This document shows positions 35,258 to 43,762 of a stretch of DNA of 64,000 bases, piece by piece; the first letter of the stretch is position 1; each line of letters opens with the position of its first letter. Origin of the DNA: a bacterium (lineage in GTDB: Bacteria; Oederibacteriota; JAAXVQ01; JAUVAV01); contig JAIORK010000037.1 in assembly GCA_021108215.1 (NCBI GenBank), forward strand, positions 20,352 through 84,351, given 5' to 3'. The position numbers and the translations under genes were made by a program. The notes under the pieces are model-generated. The model was not told where the DNA came from and did no database searches. It saw only the letters and a program-made list of their open reading frames with translations.

Positions 35258-35704
35258 TCAGCCGGCCTGATTCAGCCAAAGCTGTTCAAACCATTGCAGA
35301 AATTTCCGGCCTTCCTGGGAAATATCAACAAATGCCAGACCCACCTTATAGTTTTTCGGTTCCGGCAACATGCTCTTTTGCACCCAGGTCACTTTGGCGG
35401 CTGCCTCAACGTATTGCACCTCATTGCCTTCCGGCAATAGAAGCTTGAAACGCAGCACGGTATTGATCGCAACCGGTTCGGGAAGATAGACCTGCAATCC
35501 CCCCTGCGAGGCATTGTTGGTGATGCCTTCATTCTTTTTATTGTCCACTTCATAGGAAAACGGAAGATGGATAACAAACCTGGGAAAAACGCGGCGTTCA
35601 AATTCTATATCACCATATTTTTTTTTGTTCATATCGCTTCCTGTCTGTGAATTTCCCACCGCTCCGGTGTCACCGTCCGGAATTTTTTTCGGCATCTTGG
35701 GCAC
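35258..35704 (-). CDS. PilZ-domain protein (c-di-GMP receptor candidate)
   Basis: RRVFPR and NASQGG match the PilZ RxxxR and D/NxSxxG motifs. The start may instead be MNKKKYG at 35632. Confidence 0.7.
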   Translation of the reverse strand: MPKMPKKIPDGDTGAVGNSQTGSDMNKKKYGDIEFERRVFPRFVIHLPFSYEVDNKKNEGITNNASQGGLQVYLPEPVAINTVLRFKLLLPEGNEVQYVEAAAKVTWVQKSMLPEPKNYKVGLAFVDISQEGRKFLQWFEQLWLNQAG

Positions 35705-35801
35705 TACTAAGAAACATATTCTATAATGATTGTCGACATTTTATGGAATTTTATTAATGCTTTTTCGGATTCTATATGAGGTCAACTCATGGTGAGTGGA
35801 A

Positions 35802-36176
35802 TTATTGCTTTTCGCCCTGCCATTCAATTAAAAACCTTTTCCATATCGTGGAAGCTGCTTCCGGCATTTCCACAAAGCGCAAACCAACCTGACATGCCCA
35901 GCCACTCTCGAAATTACCCTGCCTGGCCCAAACCACCTCAGCCTTAGCCTTGCAGGTATGCTTTTCATTCCCCAGGGGAAGCAGCATCGTTATATCAATA
36001 ATCCGGCCTTGTTCAACACTGCCGGGTAAAAAGGCCATCATGCCGCCTAAAGAAATATTGGCCGAGACACCTTCGGGTGCTTGGGGGTCATCTGATATTT
36101 GAAAAGCCAACGGCAATGAAAAATCCAGCCGGGGATATCGGCGACGGTCAAATTGCGCACTTCCAAAACCCTTCAT
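35802..36176 (-). CDS. PilZ-domain protein
   Basis: RRRYPR and NISLGG motifs in a 124-aa single-domain protein. Confidence 0.7.
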   Translation of the reverse strand: MKGFGSAQFDRRRYPRLDFSLPLAFQISDDPQAPEGVSANISLGGMMAFLPGSVEQGRIIDITMLLPLGNEKHTCKAKAEVVWARQGNFESGWACQVGLRFVEMPEAASTIWKRFLIEWQGEKQ

Positions 36177-36281
36177 GCATAGCCTCCTGTTTTACAAACC
36201 GGCTTCAAAAATTCTACCATTACCTTCCTGACTTTAAAATCATTTTTTGGTTTTTTTTAAATACCGGGAGAAATTTTCAAA

Positions 36282-36719
36282 TTACGTATAGAGAGAAGAA
36301 TCCGGCTGGTCCAGCTTGAAATCAACCAAAAACTCTTTCAACCACTTACGATTATTTTGATCCAAATCCAGAAACTGTATTCCGATCATAAAACCGCCCT
36401 GAGGTGCTGCTGCACTCCAGGCGACGCGTGAAAGAACCTCAACTTCGAGGCATTCCTCTTCAGGAACATCCTTGGGATCTGTGAACCGTTTTTCTGTCGG
36501 CGGGAGATAAATAATCACCATTAAATTCTGATTTAGGGGAAGGTTCTGCTCAGAGTGCATCATCAAACCACCTGCGCCCAGGTCTTCGGCCAAGTCAGCC
36601 TGCGGTTCAGAAATATTCCCGCGATCCAAACAGCGAAACCTGACCTGAATTTTAATCGGCATCCGGGTAAAACGCCTTCGCTCTGCATTTGCCTCAGCCT
36701 TAAACGCCTCAGAAGCCAT
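36282..36719 (-). CDS. PilZ-domain protein
   Basis: RRRFTR and EDLGAGG motifs (the second motif is slightly degenerate) in a 145-aa protein. Confidence 0.65.
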   Translation of the reverse strand: MASEAFKAEANAERRRFTRMPIKIQVRFRCLDRGNISEPQADLAEDLGAGGLMMHSEQNLPLNQNLMVIIYLPPTEKRFTDPKDVPEEECLEVEVLSRVAWSAAAPQGGFMIGIQFLDLDQNNRKWLKEFLVDFKLDQPDSSLYT

Positions 36720-36776
36720 GTCATACCTCCCGCAGGAAAAGTGTTGCGAACGATTGATTATAAATCGAATTTAAAT

Positions 36777-38429
36777 TTATTTCCACTGATAAGCGCGTAA
36801 AACCGCTTGTGAAATATTGGTAATATGATCCCCGATTTTTTCAATATTGTTAATAAAATCAACAAAAACCAGCCCACCCAAAGGACGGCACTCCCGGGCA
36901 TTCATACGATCCAGATTCATCTGCTTCAATTGCTGATACTGCCGGTTCACATTTTCTTCCCGTACCAAAACCTGTTTGGCGGCGTCTCGATTGTTTTCCT
37001 GAAGCGCGATGATAACCTCTCTCAGCATTCGTTTAATCTCACTGCTCATTTCACGCAATTCATCCATCGCTTGATCATTAAGCTTAACTTCCAGGCGGGA
37101 ATGCCGTTCCGCCAAATCCACCAGATTGATCGCATGATCACCGATTCTTTCCAAATCATTGACCGAATGCATGAGCACCGGCAACTGCCGGGCCTCGTCA
37201 GTACTAAGATTTTTCCGGGAAACATCAATTAAATAATCAGTAATATCATGCTGAAAACGATCGAGCCCCTGCTCATAATTTCCGACCTCACTTAATTTTT
37301 TGCGGTCATTTTCAAAAAACCCTTCAAGCACTGTATCAATGGTATGATTGGCAAGATTGGCCATACGGATAATCTCTTTTTTTGACTGATGAAGCGCCAG
37401 TGAAGGTTCATCGAGCAGGTTCGGTTCCAAATACTGCGGGATATGTGCATCCTCGCCCACCTTGGAAGGCATGAAACGGACCAGACTTCTTTCCAAAAAA
37501 GTCAGTAAGGGCAAAAATACAAAGCAGGTATTAAAAACATTAAACACCGTGTGAGAAAGCGCAATGTGTACCATCACATTTCCCTGCGACAGTTCTCCGG
37601 GAACCATCCATTGAATGAGTTTGGCATACCATCCGTTATGAACAAAAATCAACACATAAATAACACCGAAAACATTCACGATGGAATGCGCCATGGCGGT
37701 TCGGCGCGCGGTAAGGTTGGTCTGCAAACTGGCAAGTTGCGCTGTAATCGTGGTCCCGATGTTATCTCCCAAAATCAAGGGAATGGCTGCATTAAAATCC
37801 AGCAAACCCTGCCAAGCCAGGGCTTGAACAACCGCAATGGTTGCGGAGGATGATTGTACTAGGACAGTAAATACGGTCCCGGCCAAAACACCAAGAATGG
37901 GATATCTGGAAAAAAGCAGAAAAAATTCATTAATCTGTGGATGCGAGGCAAGCGGCTTGGCAGCATCTTTCATAATCAGCAAACCAAAAAACAAAACACC
38001 AAAACCAAAAACAACTTCACCGACCTGGCGCCACCGGATATTCTTGCTGTATGTAAGAAGAAAAAAACCAATGCCGATGGATGGCAGTGCATAATATTTA
38101 ATGCTGAAGATGGACATGGAGGCAACAATCCAGGCGGTCAGCGTAGTTCCGATATTGGCACCCAATATAACTGAAAGGGCCTGGGTCAAGGAAAGCATGC
38201 CGGCATTCACCAACCCAACGGTCATCACAGTTGTGGCTGAGCTGCTCTGGATCAATGCCGTGATACCGGTTCCCAGTAAGAGTCCCATAAAACGATTTTT
38301 TGTCAAAAATGCAAGAATGCCTTTAATGCGATCACTTGAGGCATTCCGCAAAGCATCGGAAAGAGATTTCATTCCAAATAAAAAAAGACCCAATCCACCA
38401 ATAAAACTAAAAATAATATTGAGTGCCAT
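36777..38429 (-). CDS. Na+/phosphate cotransporter family protein with C-terminal PhoU-like repeats
   Basis: The duplicated GANIGTTLTAW and GDNIGTTITAQ motifs are characteristic of the Na/Pi cotransporter II-related family. The C-terminal helical repeats carry ERIGDH and EKIGDH (PhoU-like). Confidence 0.85.
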   Translation of the reverse strand: MALNIIFSFIGGLGLFLFGMKSLSDALRNASSDRIKGILAFLTKNRFMGLLLGTGITALIQSSSATTVMTVGLVNAGMLSLTQALSVILGANIGTTLTAWIVASMSIFSIKYYALPSIGIGFFLLTYSKNIRWRQVGEVVFGFGVLFFGLLIMKDAAKPLASHPQINEFFLLFSRYPILGVLAGTVFTVLVQSSSATIAVVQALAWQGLLDFNAAIPLILGDNIGTTITAQLASLQTNLTARRTAMAHSIVNVFGVIYVLIFVHNGWYAKLIQWMVPGELSQGNVMVHIALSHTVFNVFNTCFVFLPLLTFLERSLVRFMPSKVGEDAHIPQYLEPNLLDEPSLALHQSKKEIIRMANLANHTIDTVLEGFFENDRKKLSEVGNYEQGLDRFQHDITDYLIDVSRKNLSTDEARQLPVLMHSVNDLERIGDHAINLVDLAERHSRLEVKLNDQAMDELREMSSEIKRMLREVIIALQENNRDAAKQVLVREENVNRQYQQLKQMNLDRMNARECRPLGGLVFVDFINNIEKIGDHITNISQAVLRAYQWK

Positions 38430-38575
38430 TTAATTGTCAATCCTCCAAAGTTTTCATTAATCGCCCAAAATCATACAGGAAAATTTTGAAAGGTCAAAGG
38501 AAAAGAGAGATAAAAATCCAAATGAACCCTATCTTCAACCACGACGGTCCAAATTAATCACGCATCCTATTGCCC

Positions 38576-38718
38576 GGTCGCATGGAGAGCTTATTTTTAA
38601 AGGAAAACTGATACTGTAACCATACGCTAGAGCCGGATTTGACGATAAGATCCCCTGCTGTTCTAAGTAAAACTTAAGCTGCGTTTTTTCCTTTGGAAAT
38701 AAGCTCTCCATGCGATCC
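38576..38718. repeat. Near-perfect ~30-bp inverted repeat flanking a 78-nt spacer (structured RNA or MITE-like element)
   Basis: The left arm is ggtcgcatggagagcttatttttaaaggaaaa (38576-38607). The right arm is ttttcctttggaaataagctctccatgcgatcc (38686-38718). The arms are complementary except for a tt/cc pair and one extra base. The element is intergenic, between the 1019-aa gene stop and the Na/Pi gene start. Confidence 0.7.
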
Positions 38719-38765
38719 AACGAGCTGCTGTATTTCTTACTTTGAACAAGACTGGATTAAAACAC

Positions 38766-41700
38766 TTATTTCGAACCGACTCCCTGGGATGCTGTCTTGA
38801 CCGCCAATTCAGAAATATCCTTCACTTGCAACAGAACAGCACTTTCCCATGTCCAACCGCCGCCAGGCATGGCCAGCGTCAATTTGCTCTGTGAATCTGC
38901 ATAAACCCACGCCGGCAGGGCACCCAGGCGAAATGCATAACGATGGGTCTTTTGATCACCCTGGAGGGTAAATGCGATGGTTTGCTGCGGATCGCCGCCC
39001 CATGACAAAACTGCCTGCTTTTTATCCAACTGCGTATCCACCGTCATTGCCATGACCAAAACATTAGCCGGTTTGGATTGCCCCTGCGCACGGACAAGCT
39101 CCAACCGCACGGTTTGATTCACACCGGCAACACGGATCGTTTCTCCCCGCGCTGTCACGGTAACGTCTTTTGCATCCACTGCTTTGATGCCTGCGGTGGC
39201 GAGGTAGCGGCCAACTGTACCACCCTGGTTCGGATCATATTTCCCCAGGGCACCCCACTGCAGGGGCAATGCATGCAGTTCAACCGGTTTTTTTAAGGCG
39301 GCAATGGCCTTGACATCCGGGTCCAATCCTTCAATCGGCGGCGAGAGCATCACCCAATTGGCAATCACCGCAGTAGGTGAGAATGTCTGTAAAAGATACT
39401 CTGAAATCGCATACTGTCTTACCACTGAAGGAATATTATCCAGCGCCATGGGGGTCCTATGGCTGCCCTGAAAAAGCACACTCTTGAGGTCCGCATTGGA
39501 CAAATGACGTATGACATCCAATTGCTGTTCAAATGTTGCTGCGGTCGAGGTGCTAAGTGTTTTCACCACCGGTTTTCTGGGTACTAAAAAATACAGCAGG
39601 GGTTGATTGGAAAAATCATAAAAAGACTCAGTGGTTCCCACCTGCCCTTCCAAGTATTCAATCACCTGATCAAGTGCGGCTGCCTCTTGACCCGGCAGGA
39701 AGAGATTTTCCAGGCGCTCACTCTTGCCGCTCTTTAGACCATCAATGGCAATCTTATTTTTTTCACCAAACGCACCGGCCAATTCAGGCAGGGTGGTATA
39801 TCCGCTCTGAGGAAAAAACGCCGCCGGCAAAAGTGCCGCAAATACGATCCCGCGCAGTAACTGTTGTTTGGCTGTCAAGCGATAGATAAAAAATGCCATT
39901 AACATGGCGGCCATCGGCAGCACGTCCGCTAAATACGAAAAATCACTCCGGCTTAAAAAACGCATCCAAAGCATTCCAGTGAAAACAACCAACACCAACA
40001 CATTCCAGGGAAAAATACCGGTTTGCCTTATCGTCTTGACTGCCTGAATAATCATCAGGGCGCCGACGACCACCACGCCCGGCGGCAATGCAAATAACAG
40101 CATTTGCATGATGGGTGGATTTTCCATCCAGGAGGAGATCGGCAAACCGTATACCGCCGTATACTGGGTAATCACCCAAGAAAAATTCGAAAAATAAGCA
40201 CCCAAGCTGCCGCTCATTCCCAAATAAAGCCACCAAGGCAGCAAACACAATACCGTGGCACCCAGATATATCCCAAATTGAATCACCCGATTTTTCAATG
40301 AGCTTTGACCAAACAGAGTATAGGCTGTCATTAAAAATAAATTACCGACCAAGGCTATTATTCCGGCGGTGTGGGATGCGATCAAAGACAGTACTGTGAC
40401 AAGTCCTGAAAACACAAGAATAATCCAACGACCGCGCTGTATAAAATAGAGCGTAAAAATGAATCCAATAATGGGAAAGAAAAAACGCGTCATTGGTATG
40501 GTGCCCAAATGCCCGGTTAACAACACAATGGATAACAGCAGTGCCCAGATCCAAGGCAGACAAAAAATCGCCAATAAATAAATCGCCACCAAACCCAGCG
40601 GCGCCAACAAAACCATGAGCATCCGTAAAGATGCCACCGAAACGCCAAACCACTGGATGGCAGCCAACCCGCTTACTGCATCCGATAAAAAACCATGCCG
40701 TAAAAAAATTTCTTTAAATGGCAGTTTGCCCGAGAGCATTGCCTGGGCAACACCCAGACTCTCGCCTTCGTTAAATAAGTCGAGACTTCCCGTCAATGCC
40801 TGCTGATGAAAGGCCGCCCCCAGTGGATTATACGCAACCGCATACAACAAAAGCGGCACACCTAAAATCAACATCAGGGCGCGAAACAATTCCTCCCAGG
40901 CCGGACTTGTTTCCACTGTCTGCCGACGCAATCCCAGCAGACTCACTATCAGAATAGCGACAAAACCGGTGCCAACGAGAACCGGTAATACAACCGGCAG
41001 CCAAGCAGCCAATTGCCGGGTAACAACATTGCCTGCTTTTAAATAGTCAATCCATCCCAGCGTCTGCAAAGGCAGCAGGGCCAGGGGCAACAGGGACAAT
41101 CCCAATGCCATATAAATTTGATCAAATGTTTTCTTGGAAAAAAACAATCCAACCAACGCCGCAAAAAGCAGCGAGACAATCCAAAACCCGATTCCCACCG
41201 ACAGTGCAAACCACAGACCTCCACCCACCGTCACGGCCATTCCCGGCAATGACTGAATAAACCAGCCCACACCCGTACCCAGTGTGATCACACTGCCATG
41301 TGTAAAAAAATCTACCGGAGTATAGTCACTCTCCGTAGGATGCGCAAAAAATATCTTCCGTTTGTCTTTTTTCTCTAAAAGCGAGAGCAAGACGATCCCA
41401 AACGCCAATCCAAAAAAACTAATGAAGGGTGCAAACAAAAGCGCCTTTCCCTGACACAGATAAGTGATTTGAGGTAAAAAAACCGCAAAAGGAATTGCCC
41501 CTCTTTTCAACACTGTTTGTACATTCAAAGGACTTACCATTTTTTGTACATGGCCCAGCAGCGTCCAAATCAGCTGTCCGAAAACCGCACCCAACAATCC
41601 GCCGAGTAAAATCAAGGCTGTATCAAAACGTTCATGCACTGCCATCAATCCCAGGGTGATCGGCCCGGCAATATCGCTTGCCGGTGTTGTTATATTGCCA

Positions 41701-41825
41701 AACAGCTGTATCAATGCAAAAATTAATCCGGCACCGCCGACACTACTTGCCAATAAAACCAGGCCGCGATGAATAATCAATTCTTCCTTTTGGACTGCCG
41801 CTCTCACCTTGGAAAAATCCGCCAT
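38766..41825 (-). CDS. Large polytopic inner-membrane protein with a C-terminal soluble domain, function unknown
   Basis: This is a 1019-aa ORF. About 650 aa consist of successive hydrophobic helices. The C-terminal ~330 aa is hydrophilic and beta-rich. I recognised no catalytic motif. Confidence 0.5.
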   Translation of the reverse strand: MADFSKVRAAVQKEELIIHRGLVLLASSVGGAGLIFALIQLFGNITTPASDIAGPITLGLMAVHERFDTALILLGGLLGAVFGQLIWTLLGHVQKMVSPLNVQTVLKRGAIPFAVFLPQITYLCQGKALLFAPFISFFGLAFGIVLLSLLEKKDKRKIFFAHPTESDYTPVDFFTHGSVITLGTGVGWFIQSLPGMAVTVGGGLWFALSVGIGFWIVSLLFAALVGLFFSKKTFDQIYMALGLSLLPLALLPLQTLGWIDYLKAGNVVTRQLAAWLPVVLPVLVGTGFVAILIVSLLGLRRQTVETSPAWEELFRALMLILGVPLLLYAVAYNPLGAAFHQQALTGSLDLFNEGESLGVAQAMLSGKLPFKEIFLRHGFLSDAVSGLAAIQWFGVSVASLRMLMVLLAPLGLVAIYLLAIFCLPWIWALLLSIVLLTGHLGTIPMTRFFFPIIGFIFTLYFIQRGRWIILVFSGLVTVLSLIASHTAGIIALVGNLFLMTAYTLFGQSSLKNRVIQFGIYLGATVLCLLPWWLYLGMSGSLGAYFSNFSWVITQYTAVYGLPISSWMENPPIMQMLLFALPPGVVVVGALMIIQAVKTIRQTGIFPWNVLVLVVFTGMLWMRFLSRSDFSYLADVLPMAAMLMAFFIYRLTAKQQLLRGIVFAALLPAAFFPQSGYTTLPELAGAFGEKNKIAIDGLKSGKSERLENLFLPGQEAAALDQVIEYLEGQVGTTESFYDFSNQPLLYFLVPRKPVVKTLSTSTAATFEQQLDVIRHLSNADLKSVLFQGSHRTPMALDNIPSVVRQYAISEYLLQTFSPTAVIANWVMLSPPIEGLDPDVKAIAALKKPVELHALPLQWGALGKYDPNQGGTVGRYLATAGIKAVDAKDVTVTARGETIRVAGVNQTVRLELVRAQGQSKPANVLVMAMTVDTQLDKKQAVLSWGGDPQQTIAFTLQGDQKTHRYAFRLGALPAWVYADSQSKLTLAMPGGGWTWESAVLLQVKDISELAVKTASQGVGSK

Positions 41826-41934
41826 AAATCAATCTCCCCTCTTTAATAAACCGTGTTTGTGCTCAACCGTTCAGTACATCAGACTGCTTTATCCCTGCTG
41901 AGGGAATGACTGAGGAAAAACGTATGAATAATTT

Positions 41935-42843
41935 TTATTCAAAAATACTAATATCCGTATAGCGTTGAACATTAATCGGTGACCCGGAAACAAATAGCTG
42001 GTAATAAAGCCGTTTACCCACTGACGCACCCCCGCTGTTGCCCACCAAACCGAGCCGGTCGCCGCGCAGTACCGTTTGGCTTGCTTTTACCTCGACATTC
42101 CGCAAATGACAGTAGAGTGTCGCAAATGAAAGTCCGTGATCGATCAACACCACGTTGCCTAACATAGAAAAATATTCTGCGATAATCACTTTACCGTCGG
42201 CAGCAGCATTGACATCAACGATGGATGCACTGACGCTTTTAATTTCAATCCCTTCCAAAGCCACCTCGGCTTTTTCCCCATACTTCCGGATTGTGCCAAA
42301 GGTCGAAACCACCTCGCCGCCCAAAGGCAATGTAAAATCCTGCTTACGCTTCGGACGGTAGGTTGTGCGGCGTAAATTCTCCTGGATCTTAATGCGTTCC
42401 CGCATATACGCCTCACTGTTAAATTTCCGCCCTTTGACTTTGTCCACCCGCCGTTCAATAAAATCAGGCAGAATTTGAACAGCCAATTCCTCTTTGATAA
42501 TTTTTTTTCCTGTCACCGTCTTAAAGTAACAAAAAATGGGATAGTCACCCGGATCAGTTTTGGGAACAGCCAGTGATGTGGCATACATCCTAGCCCCCAA
42601 ATCACGACGTGGAAAAATACGGTATTTTTTATCAAAAAAGACAACATAGCCGCCTTTAATTTCCTCAGGAAGAATAAATCCCAGTGGAAGCACATCGCCG
42701 GGAGACGCCTCATCTTTTGGCATAATATACTCAATTTTCTGGGCCAACCGCTCCTGCAAAGAAGCACATCCGCCGGCCAATAACATCAGCAAACCCGTAC
42801 CTGCCAGCCACCGCAGCTGTCTCACCGATTTCATAATTTGCAT
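41935..42843 (-). CDS. LytM/M23-family protein with degenerate catalytic motifs (likely non-catalytic)
   Basis: It is lipoprotein-like (LLAGGCAS). The C-terminus AAADGKVIIAEYFSMLGNVVLIDHGLSFATLYCHL..GDRLGLVGNSGGASVGKRLYYQLFV follows the M23 layout. However, the HxH motif (GPHLHFE) is replaced by KRLYYQL, and the HxxxD position reads LEGIEI. Confidence 0.6.
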   Translation of the reverse strand: MQIMKSVRQLRWLAGTGLLMLLAGGCASLQERLAQKIEYIMPKDEASPGDVLPLGFILPEEIKGGYVVFFDKKYRIFPRRDLGARMYATSLAVPKTDPGDYPIFCYFKTVTGKKIIKEELAVQILPDFIERRVDKVKGRKFNSEAYMRERIKIQENLRRTTYRPKRKQDFTLPLGGEVVSTFGTIRKYGEKAEVALEGIEIKSVSASIVDVNAAADGKVIIAEYFSMLGNVVLIDHGLSFATLYCHLRNVEVKASQTVLRGDRLGLVGNSGGASVGKRLYYQLFVSGSPINVQRYTDISIFE

Positions 42844-42890
42844 TCATGCCTCCTTGATGCTTACTATCCGCAGACATCATTTAAGTATCC

Positions 42891-42918
42891 ATTTTAAAGG
42901 CTTTTCTTACCGCGTCAA
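42891..42918 (-). promoter_or_regulatory. Sigma70-like promoter candidate for the LytM-like gene
   Basis: The minus strand has TTGACG (42918-42913), a 16-nt spacer and TAAAAT (42896-42891), about 45 nt upstream of the ATG at 42843. Confidence 0.3.
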
Positions 42919-43084
42919 CACTATTCTTTTCTAGTATCGTTAAAATAGTGCTCTTTTTTAAAATTTATTATTCTATTTCTTGACAAAGAAAAAAACACGT
43001 TGATCACACCTGCGGGGGGGGGCGCCGGCCTGGAACAAACATTGCTCCTGGGGACGCCGGCGCAACCGCGAATCGCAAATACGC

Positions 43085-43462
43085 TTATTCAATACGCATA
43101 CTCTGCTGTTCATAATATGCAGTCATTATTTTCTTAATTTTACCGTGAATCGTATACTCTGTAAATTTTTCAATACCGGAAAATTCCATTCCATACTCAA
43201 ACATGAGCGGGCCCGATTCTTTAATCCAACGGACCAAACCATGAAGCTCCAGGGGATTTTTACTTTCCAAATCAGGCAGGTAAACAATCAGTTTGGCTTT
43301 CTCTTTGAGCTTTAGCGGTGATCGAAGACAGACCCCATTTTGCGAAAGATTGATAATATCCGCAAAAACCGCCATATGAATATCTCCTTTTTCCGGCAAC
43401 ACCTCAGTCCTGACACGAAAAACCGGTTGGATACGTTCCTCACGGCGCCTTTCTGATGACAT
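43085..43462 (-). CDS. PilZ-domain protein
   Basis: The start is trimmed to MSSERRREERIQP, preceded by AGGAGG. RRREER and NLSQNG match the PilZ motifs. Confidence 0.65.
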   Translation of the reverse strand: MSSERRREERIQPVFRVRTEVLPEKGDIHMAVFADIINLSQNGVCLRSPLKLKEKAKLIVYLPDLESKNPLELHGLVRWIKESGPLMFEYGMEFSGIEKFTEYTIHGKIKKIMTAYYEQQSMRIE

Positions 43463-43698
43463 TATAATCACCTCCTGACATGCTTTAGAGTATCCTGCCC
43501 AGGCCGCTTTACAAATGCCGGCAGTGGTTCCCCAACCGAACAAACTCATGCTCTGTATGCATAATCGTATTATATATCATTTTTATTTTAAGCATATCAG
43601 GAAATTAATAAAAATATAAATAAAATTCCCGCTGCTTTTTTAATTTCCCGGCTGGGGATGATTTTATAAAATTCCGCAGATGGTACCGGTAAAAAACC

Positions 43699-43728
43699 TT
43701 GACATGCTTTTTACCCGCTCTTTATAAT
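43699..43728 (+). promoter_or_regulatory. Sigma70-type promoter for the EF-G paralog
   Basis: TTGACA (43699-43704), an 18-nt spacer and TATAAT (43723-43728). An AGGAGG RBS precedes the ATG at 43763. Confidence 0.55.
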
Positions 43729-43762
43729 CTACATCTATTATCCAACTCTCAGGAGGGTATCT

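Noticed and set aside
38535-38720. The 61-aa minus-strand ORF inside the inverted-repeat element
   Set aside because: It is composed of the two repeat arms read through, with no RBS and no motif. The inverted-repeat structure explains the sequence better.
43019-43066. The GC-rich hairpin gcgccggc...gccggcgc downstream of the fourth PilZ gene, as another REP family member or a terminator
   Set aside because: It is a single copy with no GTAG head, a 26-nt loop and no adjacent U-tract. The evidence is insufficient to call either.
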